Source: Callorhinchus milii
Taxonomy: Eukaryota
Direction of reading: 5' to 3'
Assembly: GCF_018977255.1 (NCBI RefSeq)
Contig: NW_024704743.1
Coordinates: 38,628,001 to 38,692,000 of the forward strand
Length of the DNA stretch: 64,000 bases
This document shows, one piece after another, positions 37,705-49,790 of this stretch. Below the pieces are notes generated by a model. That model made no database searches. It saw nothing but the letters and a program-made list of their open reading frames with translations, and was not told the DNA's origin. The stretch's first letter is position 1, and the number at the start of each line of letters is the position of its first letter. The position numbers and the translations under genes were made by a program.

Positions 37705-38082
37705 AATAGATTATTACAGCATAGAAGGAGGCCATTCGGCCCAACGTTCCTGTGCCAGCTCTTTGGAAGAGCTACCCAATCAGTCCTACTCCCCCACTCT
37801 TTCCCCATATCCTTGCAATGTTTTCCTTTTCAAGGACTTATTCAATTCCCTTTTGAAACTTGATATTGAATTTGTTTCCACCACCCTTTTAGGCAGTGCA
37901 TTCCAGACCATAACTACTCTCTGTGTAAAAAAAATGTCTCCTCATCTCCCCTTTGGTTCTTTTACCAATTATCTTAAATCTATGTCCCCTGGTTACTGAC
38001 CCACCTGCCAGTGAAAACAGTTTCTCGTTATCTATTCTATCAAGATCCTTCATAATATTGAACACCTCTATTAAATCTCTTT
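37705..38082 (-). mobile_element. CR1 LINE 3' fragment
   Basis: ORF 37889..38098(-) RDLIEVFNIMKDLDRIDNEKLFSLAGGSVTRGHRFKI...MRRHFF is the CR1 ORF2 C-terminus. 3' UTR aggaggccattcggccca. Confidence 0.92.
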
Positions 38083-38194
38083 TATAGTAAAAATACACAT
38101 TTTATAGTAAATCCTGTGAATCACTTTGAAATGTTCTCCTGACATGAATAACCTATATCAAGTGGAAGGATTATTATTATTTTATTTTAGAACG

Positions 38195-38325
38195 TCCAGA
38201 GATTGACAAATTCTTAAATACAGCTTTAATTTTGAAGATGGATTTTTCAAAATTCTTTTAAGAACTACAGAAAACCAACTTCAAAGTTAAGAATGAATTC
38301 AACATTTTGCCAAATTCTGAATGTC
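38195..38325. repeat. Palindromic AT-rich MITE-like repeat (a second copy lies at 38635-38750)
   Basis: cagagattgacaaattcttaaatacagctttaattttgaag...cttcaaagttaagaatgaattcaacattttgccaaattctg form inverted arms. Confidence 0.6.
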
Positions 38326-38363
38326 AACAGAGTAAATCTAAACCCAGATTTTTTTTGCGTATT

Positions 38364-38511
38364 CAGTAAAACCCCAGTTTACCGGACTCTGGGTATCCGG
38401 AATTCGCAACTAGCCCGTAAACTGGTATTGTAATTACACTTAGCCAAAAAATCTGGATTGCCGGATCGGATTTCCCCCCATCTATTAGTCCGTCTAGCCG
38501 GGATTTTAGTA
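38364..38511. mobile_element. Tigger/pogo-like MITE
   Basis: Starts cagtaaaacccc and ends gggattttagta (degenerate inverted terminus), with multiple ccgga/tccgg internal motifs. Unusually CpG-rich for this window. Confidence 0.5.
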
Positions 38512-39859
38512 TTTATGTGCAACTCCACTGTTTGCACTGGTAATTCTTCTCTAGTCTGTGTGCACTTCTCATGCAGGGAGTGAAATTTCACCTGGGTCTA
38601 GAATTACTCCATATCTGTTGTGTTTTAGAGAGTGCAGAATTTGGCAAATCATTGAATTTGGCCTTGGCTTTGAAATCGTTTTTCGGTCGTTCTTAAAAAG
38701 AAACGTACAGAAAACCAGCTTCAATATTAAGACTTTACCAAATGCAGGACCTTTGAAATGCTACACAAATGGAGAAATTTACATCCAGATGGAAATGCAT
38801 TTTGGATGTGAATTCCTGTTAAGAAAGGCCACAGTTGCGTACTCTGAAAGAACTTCCCCAGCAAACCTGACGATTTTGTTTCTAGTGAAAGAGTTGTGGG
38901 GTTCCTGTTTTAAAGCAATGGGAAAGATTTACAGGTCATCCACTAAAAGCCAGCTTATATATCTATCAGCCATGATGAAGTGCTGTTTTTAACATGACAA
39001 ATCTCTACCATTCCTACCTCATAACATATTGCATTATTCATAAAGTTCTCTCTGATTTCATGTGGCTTTTATATGCCGATTCAGATGGCTAGAATATGTT
39101 TTATGACGACAATATTTATTTATTTATTCGGTGAAGCTATTATTCTGTTTCCTGGTGAGATAATTGTACATTTGAGCTCATATTAATGAAACTTTTCTCA
39201 AAGATGCTTGCACTAGATCAGAATTCAGATGTCACTAATGCACATGATGTGTTGGTGTTTAAAGAGAAATAGAGTTAAATGAGAGAGTGTCATCTAATCA
39301 AGTGATCACGTGGAGAGGGAAAGGGACCCGTCACTGTGTATTATGAATGGGATTTTCGCCAATTCATGTCATGAGTGGAGAACAGCATCATGACTACAAG
39401 AGCAGTGCTGTACTGAGCATCGGGGAGTGCATGGGCGGTGTTCCGTTTGAGGTAGGCCATGGGGAACAAAGTTTTGACCTGTCAGCTGGTAAATTCAATA
39501 CCAATGTTATGAGTTGTGTGATTGTTAATATGGTTTCCTCCAACTGACAGCTGTGTAAAGTATAAGGCTACACATATCTATCTCCCTTCATAATTGAGAC
39601 AATTAAATGGATTCTTAACATTCCCCTTCAACTCTTAAATAATTCACATATTTATATCATCTCCCCACTGCAAGAAAAATCAATAAAATCAGACAACAGA
39701 AACATTCAAATAAAACATTTACAGATAATAAAACAGGTTGAAAAGTACATGAAAATAGTTGGTCTGGATAATAGTGGGTCTGAAAATTCCCATTTTGAAA
39801 CCTTGCCTTAATGTCACCAGAGAGTTCAGTACTTGTGTATTTGTTATGTGTTGGTCATA

Positions 39860-39990
39860 TAACATCCGACTTCTACATAACTTTATATAAGTCATATATG
39901 ATATGAATTATGCAAGTTTGACAATGCAAGTCATATTAAGTGTATGATCCCAGCTGATATGACCTGCGTGAGGTTTACTGAGGTTTACTA
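39860..39990. mobile_element. Second copy of the 29990 DNA-transposon-like remnant
   Basis: tatgcaagtttgacaatgcaagtcatattaagtgtatgatccc...tgaggtttactg, with the terminal 10-mer duplicated. Confidence 0.45.
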
Positions 39991-40015
39991 TCGTTCTAAT
40001 GAAATTTGGGGATAG

Positions 40016-40610
40016 ACAACAACAAATTGCTTTTATATAGCGCCTTTCACGTCATGAGGACATCCCAAGGCACTGGACAGTCGAGGGTTTGTACTGGTGG
40101 GTGAATTCAAGAAGCTTTGGGACCAAGTGGGAGGGTGGGGTGGAAGATGATCAATGACACAGTCAACGAGGAATTTCCTGACGTGGTCCTTGAAGGGGGT
40201 AATGGACAAAGTAAACGCCTTCTAGGATGGAGTTCCAGAAGGTTAGGACAGAAAGGCTAAAAGACCGATGATGGGATGGGCAGAGCAGGGGACCCTGCAG
40301 AGGGGAGGGAAAAGGCAGGTTGGTATATTTTAGAAGGTCACAGAGATGGGGCAAGACCGTGGAGGGCTTTAAAAGTGAGTGTGAGGATCTTGAACTTGGA
40401 GCGGGAAGCCGGGCAAGGATGGGAGTAATAGGCTAGTGGAGTCTGGGGAGGAAGAGGATATGAGTTGCACAGTTGTGAATAATCTGCAGCTTGTGGAGGG
40501 AAAAGTTAGAAAGACCAGTGAGCAGAGAGTTAGCATAGTCAAGCCTAGAGGTGATAAAATCATGGATAAGGGTCTCGAGGGGAGAGTTATTGGCAGAGGC
40601 GGACAATGTT
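40016..40610 (-). mobile_element. L2 3' fragment (a further upstream L2-like piece lies at about 40730-41110)
   Basis: Tail acaacaacaaattgcttttatatagcgcctttcacg. gttagcatagtcaagcctagaggtgataaaatcatggat encodes IHDFITSRLDYANSL on the minus strand. Confidence 0.85.
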
Positions 40611-41439
40611 AAAATATTTTAAAATACACAAATTGCACTTTACAGTATACCCTGTGAAGCATTTTGATATGTCTCAGTGATGTGGTAAGGAGCTATATCA
40701 AATGCAAGAATTATTATTATATTATATAAGAGGAGGTTGTCCTTGGCCTCCAGGATGATCACAGAGTAGAAGGACGATTTTGTTGAGGTGAAGGTTGAGC
40801 AGTAGATTTGGTGCGTTCAGCCAAACTAGCGGTGGACCATTAAATTAGATATGAGCCAGGTGCGTTCAGCAACACGCACCTGTGACTTGAGGGAGAAGAG
40901 ATGGCTGATGTACCAGGGGGACTTGTAGGAGTCGGAGACGGTGCGGGAAATGATGGAGGCAAGGATTTCTATTCGAGAGGGAGTTGTGGTGGAGAGTGAC
41001 TGATGAGGAAAGGATGTTGTGAAAGAGAAATAGGAATTCAGATGAATTTAGGGCAGTGGAAAGGGAATGGGGAGCAGTTTTTTTCCACGGGTGGAAGGAG
41101 ATGGAAGTGGGTTGACAGTTGTTTCTTCGGTTTTAGTGAATTTTATGCTTATAAGAATGAGGTAAGTGCTGGAAATTTTAATATTCCTGGATAGCAGGGT
41201 TGAGAAAATGCTCCCATGGAAAGCAATAGCTTTCCAGATACCTCATCGTCAGATAAGGTTCATTTTGATTTTAACAGGAAGATTGGTCATGCTGAGCCGA
41301 CTCAAAAGACCTCTGCTCTGTACAGATGTCCGGCTGGAGATGAGGTCTCACAAATTAGTGTGGTGTGCCTGAATTTCCCTGCAGTAAATGGAGTTGTGTT
41401 GTGTTGGGCTGAGTTATCTTTATGTTGTGGAGCACATTC

Positions 41440-41990
41440 CAAGTAAGGAGACACCAGTAATGTTGGTTTGTTCTAAAAGGCTCCAAGGTGACATGTTTGG
41501 CAACAGAATGCCAGAATCGAGTCAACCCTCTGTGGCGGTCTCGATAGTCCAGTTCTTGAGCCAGGAAGGTCCACAGTATTCCAGAGCACTGCTGATGACA
41601 GCACAGCCAAACTGGCTCATAGTTAGGACTTGGAAAGGCAAGGACTCTTCACATCTAGCTCCCATTAACCCTGCAAACCAAAGTCCTAACCGATAGGGTG
41701 GTCCTAGCTGGACAAGCAGCGAGAAAGCTTGACAGACAGCGATATAAATGGCAAGCTGTGCGGTTTAAGTTGGTTAGACTCCTGCAGTATCCCAGCACAC
41801 ACTCAGGATCTCCGAGCCTTGCCAATGTGTGACTAATACTTTCCGGAATTCGTTAAGCAGAATGTGTCCCTCCAAGGATAGAGTATGCATTCTATTCCAA
41901 CAAATATCTCGGGAATTTCGATGTATGGGTGGGACACACAGAATTCTCAGTTTGGATAGGATACACTTAAGCATGGACTTGGGTCTCCAC
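41440..41990 (+). mobile_element. Putative 3' region of the RTE/RTEX-like LINE (uninterrupted copy)
   Basis: ttggcaacagaatgccagaatcgagtcaaccctctg...gatagtcc.gttc.tgagcca matches the reverse complement of about 48725-48800. 41570-41975 matches the reverse complement of 61540-62555. Confidence 0.65.
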
Positions 41991-42894
41991 AAATGACACT
42001 AGGAGGGAGACCAAAAAAAATTAATGTTGTTTCCTGAAGAGTGAGTTTTGAACCACACAGTTAGCATCAAATGCTCTGAGGTCAGGTATAACGCAATTGG
42101 ATGTGGAGTAAAGCTCCCTCTTCTCTGATGCCACCAACATGGAAGAAAAAAATCCTGTGAGAACAAGTAATCTGAAATAAAAACCACAATGCTGGAATTG
42201 CAGTTAGGTGACAGAGGGAACGCTGCAAGTTTCTGGTGTGATCCTACATCATATTTAATGAAGGGTTTTGGTGACCAATAATAATGAGAAATTGTGTCTC
42301 TGTTCAGGATTTAGCACACTTGGTCCCAGCAGTCAATTTTGCCAGGAGAGGCCCAGCACTTTGTGTTGGAGTTGGCGATGCTCCCACAGAAACAACAATT
42401 CTGAGAAGCAAATTTTAACGATGAAGCTTCGGTAAGGATATCAGGAAAAGCCCTTAGTCTTCTGTGAGTGAGGATTTCATCCCACACTGAAAGTTGTACT
42501 GAATTCCATGATCAACGGACAATGTCCCATACACTTTCCTTTTGGTTATCCACAATCTATTCTCACATGAGTAAGAGAGCACTGTTTTTATCAGTATTTC
42601 TGAAAGGCTATAGATACACATTTCATAGATCGTTCTCCCCTGATCTCTTATTTTCTTATCTCCTGAAAGATGATACACTGAAACAGCAGAACAAGAAGGC
42701 ACAGGGTTTAGAGTGCAAGAATTGCACCCGAGCTGCTCGGCTTCTACCTCCAGCTCGGGCGCAATCCTTGGACTGTCAAGCGCCTTGTCACATCCTCCAG
42801 ACACGAAAGGCGCTATATAAAATGTAAATTTGTATTGTATTGTTCACACATATGAACTACCAGCAGAATTTCTTAGACAGCATTTGGGGAGGGG

Positions 42895-43052
42895 AAACTG
42901 GCTAATTTTTTCCTCTCTCTGTAGGGGGGGTGGTGTGGTGGTGGGAAGGCAGTACAAATTGTCGAGCCTCAACAGCTGCACTGGTTGAGATCAGGTAACT
43001 CAGCTCAGACTTGGCAGTGTACCTGAGACCTTCCTGGCTCTGTTTGGCTCCC
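42895..43052 (-). mobile_element. AmnSINE2-like fragment
   Basis: ggttgagatcaggtaactcagctcagac...cctgagaccttcctggctctgtttggctc is the reverse complement of the AmnSINE2-like head and core. Confidence 0.6.
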
Positions 43053-43399
43053 ATCCCCCGCGCTATCTTTCAAATAATGAAAACCCTTGTGATACCTCCG
43101 ATATGCACCTGCAACCCAAAGATTATTAGGTTTCGCGAGCTGATGTGATGATAGTTAAATAGTTATTACAAAATAAAATGTGTGTTCTTCCTTTATGAAA
43201 TGAGTGTTGTATAGTTCCTGCACTTTGACCTCAGCGGGATGTAAGCCTGCTTTGGCCCTCAGTAAGCACTGGCTATGGGCTATTTACTTGGCTTGGATAT
43301 CGAATAATTACTGTACTTCAGTGGAAGAATGCACTTTTATTATTTAACAGATCTCAGGAACAGTCCAATATAAAAAAAACGCAAAATTACAAAAAATTA

Positions 43400-43599
43400 T
43401 TTTGAAGGAATTATTACCCCCAGGAAAGCGATCCGCCAATCGACTAACAACCAGGTTCCTACTTACTGCTAGGTGAACAGAGGCGTGTGGAGTAAGGAAA
43501 CTTTTTTAAGGAAACCCAGCGTTTTGCCCTGTCTGGGAATCGAACCCAGGTACTCTTGCTTGTGAGGTGAGTGCTCTAACAACTAAGCTACAGGACTCC
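43400..43599 (-). mobile_element. Composite tRNA SINE, head plus Meta-like core only
   Basis: Reverse complement: ggagtcctgtagcttagttgttagagcactcacctcacaagcaagagtacctgggttcgattccc...ccttactccacacgcctctgttcacctagcagtaagtaggaacc. Confidence 0.85.
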
Positions 43600-45008
43600 A
43601 CATACAGTGAAAAGGAACTAGTTAAATGAGGCAGAGCAAATACCTCTGTACACTGTTTGACCCTGTATACTTCCTAAGGGTTAGATGTGAGAGAGAAGTT
43701 ATAATAATAACATGTTTGACGGTGAACACTGGTCTGTACGCTGCGTTATCCTGTACACTGGCTCTGTACACTGTGCGACTCAGGTCCCAGGTCGTTCTTG
43801 TTGGAGGTGGCTTGTAACCTCAGTACCAGATAGCTTTCTTTTCACATCCAGTATTACAGCTCCAAGGAAAACAAGTTTTTTTTCAACTCTGCAGCAAATA
43901 TAAATATTGGCTTTCATCACCTAAAAGGAAGGAGTTAGTGCAGGTTGTTGTCACTCTGGAGCAGCAACGGCAAGATAGGCTATTTAAACATGTTCCTTCC
44001 TGCCACCTCTCAAAATGATGATGCATTTCACCCTGGAATATAACATCCTCGTCTTGGACCGCTGTTGTAAGATGCTGGTTGCAATCCATAAAATCGGAAT
44101 CACACTCTAATGAAGCAAGATAGCTGTTTTTACTGTGAAATTCCTGAACATGCTCACAGCCTGGCTGGATCACTTGATGCACTCCAGCTCGAACCTGGGC
44201 TTAAAAAATAAGATGACTGACATCTAGATTGTTGCTGGTGTTCCTTCCTGGGTGCGGTGCACGTACAAAGCCAAAAGTTCATTGCACTAACACTGGGGAT
44301 CATCCGCGTTCCTGTTCTCCTCTCCTCTACGGTCTATGCTGCAGCAACTAGAATTGTATGCAGTACTCGCGGTATGGCCTAAGCAGAGCTTGAGTATGAC
44401 CCAACATTCCAGTGCCAGTTCAGGGAATACTGACTTATCCATGACAAATATCATATCACATGTTGCAAATTTGACCCCCTAGTTACTTTTGTGCTTGAGA
44501 TATACAATAGAGTGTCCAGCAGCCGGAAGCATTGGTGCCTGGGACGCCGTGTTCAAGGAAAGAGCAGCTCTGGGTGTATCGCATTACAAATAACACTAAG
44601 ATTCAGTGTGAAAAGGTTTCCCCCAAAGCCGCCCAGCAGAGTGAGCCGGCCAGTTCTGTATTTGATCCTAAATGGAAGTACAGAACTATACTAACTGGTG
44701 TCAAATGGCAGTTTATGTTTTAAATTCCCCAACTCATAAACTAGTCCTTTCCTCCTCCAATACAAGTTCAAGTTAAAAAAATAATTTTCGAAGTGCCTGG
44801 AGGAAAATCTGATTACACTTCAGCTATTTGTATCGATTCATCAACATATTTAAGAGCAAACACAGCATACATTACGTAGAAAGGAATGGAAAGGTATGGG
44901 AGGGCGTTAGGGAGTTCTGCTGAATGGTCTGTTTCCATGCTGTAATATTCCATGTAAATCCAAATAATTCCAAATCAACTTTCTAGGAGTTAGGTGTGAG
45001 AGTGAAGT

Positions 45009-45380
45009 TATAATAATAATGATAATAATTAATAATCCTTACATTTGATATAGCACCTTCTCACATCATTAAGACGTCTCAAAGCCCTTCACAGAATATA
45101 CTGTAAAGTGAATTAATTGACTGTATATTTTATGGGCGAAATGCAGCAGCCACAGCACACAGCAATGTCCCACAAACAATTGTGGATTGAGTAACCAAAT
45201 TGTTAATTTTTTTTAAGGGATTATTATTCCCGGAAAGTGATCCGCCAATCGACTAACAACCGGGTTCCTATTTATTGCTAAGTAAGCAGAGGCGTGTGGA
45301 GCAAGGAAACTAACCTGGGAATTGAACCCGGGTCCTCTCGCTTATGAGGCGAGTCTCTAACCAATACGCTACAGGACTCC
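45009..45380 (-). mobile_element. Full-length composite tRNA SINE (same family as 17909)
   Basis: Head ggagtcctgtagcgtattggttagagactcgcctcataagcgagaggacccgggttcaattccc, then core and (tta)n tail on the minus strand. Confidence 0.88.
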
Positions 45381-46789
45381 ATGTTACATTGCAATCTGCG
45401 CACCCCAAGATACTATAAATCATCAATTTATCTGGAGGATTGTTGCACAGAAGAAACTTGCTGGTCTTTTTGAATAGTATCACAGAATAATTAACATTTG
45501 TCTTGACAGTATAGTCTGGAGGATATGAGACATCTCTATGCCCTCCCCCATCCCAACCCTCAGCTCGGGTTCGAAATTCTGTCTGTCCAGCGCCAAGGGA
45601 CGTCTCCCGACGTGAAAAGTGCTATATAAATGTCATTTTGTTGTTGTTGTTGAGATAGAGACTTGGTTTAACACCTCATATGAAAGACAGCATCTCCAAC
45701 AATGTAGTACTCCCCAGTTAGCCCAGACGATGAAATCAAATTCCCCATGTGGAGATGAATCTCAAAAACTTATAACCAGAGGTGACATTGTGCCAATTGA
45801 GCCAACTGACAATTATCATGTCATGTAACGCAAATTCCACCTCCCTCCCACTGCTTCAGGAATAAGAATACTTCTGAAATCTGCATTGCAAATATTTGTC
45901 ACATTAGCAGAGAGCAGGACCTGCCCTGATGGAGGTTTATCCTCGCTTGACAGTATAGTCTGGAGGATATGAGATCTCTCTATGCTCTTCCTATTTCCTT
46001 CATAGATTTAACATTAACGACAAGCATGTGTGCAAACATTCTTTAATCCTCTGCCAATGCAATTCTAATTAAACTACTGGATAGTGTACAACAGGGGCCT
46101 CCAAAACCTCCACTTTCTGCGCCTGCGGTTGGATTGGGTATGTGTTTCCCTAAACAGCAAGGTTGAGATTGGAGTCTTGGTAAGGGATTAGAAGTATTGG
46201 CACACAGGAACAATAGGAGACCATTCAGCTCATCGATCCTGTTCCACTTGTTTATTGGAAGTTGGCAGATCTTTTATTCCCAATGACCCTCCCTTTAGTT
46301 AGCTATACCCCTTTGTACATCATTGAACCTGCTCCATGTCACTTTAGCAGCTCTATGCCATCAACATTTGAACATTTACTATCTTCAGCTTTATCAAATA
46401 CGGTACCCCGTTTTCTGCTCATTTGTGCTGATTCACAGTGACTAGCAGATGTTATGTATTTTTAGGCAAACTCCACTGCAAATGTTTTGGCTTGTAGTTA
46501 ATTGTTACAAAATATGGTGACTTCTTAAAGTCATATCTGATTGGTCCAAATTCCGCAGAGGCTGTCCTTTTTGTACTTGTTGTGGGTTTCTATGAAGGAT
46601 GAGAGCCATCAATGCTAAGTGATGGATCACCTTATTTACTCATCTCACTTGTATCAGTGTCAAGTGACTGCCAGGTCTAAGCTACATTATAATTATGTGC
46701 TCCAACAAGGCGCCTTACCCCCCAAGTTCAGAATCTCAGCTGCTGATCTCTGCTGCCAAGTTTCCTATTCCTCACTTCAGCCTTCTTCA

Positions 46790-46998
46790 TGTCCTCTGAG
46801 AGACTGTTCATTTAGAGCTAATCTGTGCAGAGTTATGGTTGGGAGCATTTTATAATTTGTACCCATGCTGAGTTGGTGCTCAGGAGAAAACTCACCCTTA
46901 CATATAGTGAGTGTGGAGGTGAAATGTCATGCTCATTTACCTGAATTGGATTTAAACCCGGATTCCAGAAATTAAAGGACAATGAGTTCACCCCCTGT
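46790..46998 (-). mobile_element. LF-SINE-like fragment (head region)
   Basis: Reverse complement tcctttaatttctggaatccgggtttaaatccaattcagg parallels 3720-3790 and the recalled LF-SINE head. Confidence 0.4.
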
Positions 46999-48689
46999 GT
47001 AAAGCAGTCATATTGATTTTCAGAGCCAAGTCTTTTCTCTTTCCCTAGAATTATAGCTGGGTTTAACAGAATATGTGTAAAATCTATTTCTGTCCAGCAC
47101 ATTTGTATAGTAAAAGTTGTATCTTCTGGCGTCTTCACTTCTCATCTTAAATCACCAGAAAACACTCTTTAATGTTAATGATATCTCCTCCAAAGTTTCA
47201 CATTACTTCTATAGGAGAAGATTTTTTTTGCAAGTTGATATTGGCTGTGAAGCTGATTGTTTTAACAGTTCATCAGAAGAAATTATGAGTGTTGTATTTC
47301 TCTACTTTTCAACACTTCTTATATGATTTAAAAGAAATAAGATTCATGCTCACGACTGCCTGCCAACACAGATTATTTCCATTAGAGCAGCCAGCACCAG
47401 CAATAGTGGCACTGGACTGCCCCATCACAACTACAAGACATTAAGTTAAATCCCTCACTGGACCAATTCAAATTTGGATTTGTGCTTCTGCCAGAGAGTG
47501 AGTTAACCCAGGCTCCTTCAGATTCTGATGTATTTCATCTGCCCAATGTCTGACATATTAGGGTTAGGGTCCTCATGATTAAGAATGTCTAATCCAGACT
47601 GAGCATTCCACATACCTATGCCATCTATTCATGGAAATGCTCTGTCTTGAATTTCCAATTTGGATCTACTATTTCTAATTCAGATTTGGATTTGTGCAAA
47701 TCGCAGGGAGAGAGATACACCAGGTATCTTCACATTCGGATATAGGCTCTCTTAGGATGATCTTTCTCAATAGAAGAATTTATATTAGTAATAATTATAA
47801 TCCTTGCATTGGACATAGACCCGGATCAAGTCATTGAGACATCTCAAAGCACTTCACAGAATATATTGTGTATCTTGTGGACAAACCATGGTAGCCAATT
47901 GCACATACTATAAATTTATAGTTTATATTGAACCAGTTTGAATTAGATAGAATAGAATACAGTTTACACTTATATAGCTCGTTCCATGTCGGGAGGACAT
48001 CTCAACGTGCTTGATAATTCTGGGTAGGGACTGGAGCTAAAGGGGGTGAGGAGGGGAAAGATGGCCAAACGCATAGTCAAAGAGGTACAAAGTAATATGT
48101 TCAAGTTGACAGTAATGCATGGTTCATATCATGTTTTTTTCTTGAATCTATAGCATGTTTTTATGGTCTGTTTCAACAAGTATTTTTTACATTCTCCTAC
48201 ATCTTGGTGGTTTGGCTGATTTTACATGGGTTTGATTGCTGCTTACTTTTACCATTTTTTTGCTTTCAGATGATGTCTTATAAGGTTTAACTGGGATTTG
48301 ATTCAGATAGTGGAAATCTACAGTTGATATTGATGAGAATTCAGATTCTATTTAAACGCAGATTCTCAGAAAAGGGCAAATATTTGGTTGATAGAAATAG
48401 AATTCACTCAACTTGGCAGATCAGCTATAGAAAATAAGTATTGACCACAAAAATAATTTAGGAACTGTTTAGGAGCCTAGAATTTACAATAGTATTCCCT
48501 CCACCATGTTTATCAAATACACAGTCACTACACTTTACATTATATCCTGTGAAACACTTTGAGAATCCCTCCCAGTGTCAGAGGTGCTATATCAAATGCA
48601 AGGATAATTATTGCTGTTATTAAATGAAATCAAAGATAGCAGGCTGTATCTGAAAAGGGAGGTGGGGCATGCCTGCCACCTAGTGACCA

Positions 48690-49218
48690 ACAATTTAACA
48701 CCGGCAATAGTTTTGAAATGCCGGTCCTCTTGGCTCAGGAATGGGACTATCAAGACTGCCCCAGAGGGTTGACTTGATTCTGCCATTCTGCTGCCAAGAA
48801 TATCACACATGTGCCAGTTCCATCCCCTGGAAGATGGTCACTAGTTGTCATTTGATATCCAAGAAGTGTAGTTTGAGCCTTCACTAGGAAGATAGCTGAT
48901 AGCAGAAATTTTCTATAAGCTTCCTTATAGCAGCACACTTGAGTTCTTGGCAAGAGGATGGTGGCAATGGTTTCATGAAATACATCAGATAATTGCCACC
49001 AACCTCCTGCCCACAACTCAGAACACAACCCTTCCCATTGAGCAATGGTTTCACTAGTTGGAGGTAGGAAAGCTTGAGCATCATCTTCTCACCTCTCTGC
49101 AAACCAATCAAGATGGATTCCAAGCCCTGGATACATGAACGTGTGTTCACAAATCCAAACTCCAAGTAGAGCCTCAGAGTTTCCTCATCAGCTATTGGAT
49201 GGATATTTGCCTTCAGCA
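48690..49218 (-). mobile_element. RTE/RTEX-like LINE: ORF C-terminus and start of 3' UTR
   Basis: ORF 48884..49219(-) LKANIHPIADEETLRL shares IADEETLR with 50742..50963(-). It has a Cys-containing CVLSCGQE segment and continues into sequence homologous to 41490 onward. Confidence 0.6.
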
Positions 49219-49239
49219 TGGTGGGAGGAGATTAATAAG

Positions 49240-49790
49240 AATAATCATTATATTTGGTATAACACCTTCTTGTGGTGGAAGGAAGTCTCATAGTGCTTCA
49301 CAGAATATGCTGCAAAGTGTAGTGACTGTGTCATTTTGTGGGCGAACCCAGCAGCCAATTTGCCCAGAACAGTGTCGCACAAACAACCATGAAGTGAATA
49401 ACAAATTTTTTGGGGGAAATTAAAAACAGAAGTTGCTGGGAACATGCAGCAGGTCAGGCAGCATCTATGGAGAGAGGAAAATGAGTTAACATTTCAGGTC
49501 GATGACCCTTTGTCAGAAATATTTTATTTGGGGAATTTTGATCAGGACTCCCCTCTCCCTTCTCTTTTCAAATAATGCCACGGGATCTTTAATAACCACC
49601 TGAACTCACAGACGGTGCCTCAGTTTAATGTCTTATCCGAAGGACGGCATTTCCAACAATGCAGAACACTCCCAGCACTGCAATGGAGTGTCATCTTAGA
49701 CTATATGAGTTCTAAGTTCTGACGTGGGACTTGAACACATAAACTTGTAACTCAGAGACAAAAGTGTGGCCAACTGAGCCATGCTGACAC
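49240..49790 (-). mobile_element. Full-length tRNA/Deu SINE interrupted by a Penelope-type insert
   Basis: Tail and Deu parts at 49240-49420. The SINE resumes at about 49520 (aataatgccacgggatctttaa...) and ends with head ccaactgagccatgctgacac. Confidence 0.85.
49421..49518 (-). mobile_element. Penelope-like element terminal-repeat fragment carrying a degenerate minimal hammerhead ribozyme
   Basis: aaaacagaagttgctgggaacatgcagcaggtcaggcagcatctatggagag...gagttaacatttcaggtcgatgaccctttgtcagaa. The minus strand reads CUGACAA-AGGGUC-AUC-GACCU-GAAA-UGUU-AACUC. Confidence 0.7.

Noticed and set aside
43883..44182. 99-aa ORF, possible transposase relic
   Set aside because: Manual translation of several frames showed no motif I could recognise.
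49175..49195. CUGAUGAG-GAAAC on the minus strand (also at about 50880-50897) as a hammerhead core
   Set aside because: There is no stem II between the boxes. It simply encodes ADEET in the LINE ORF.
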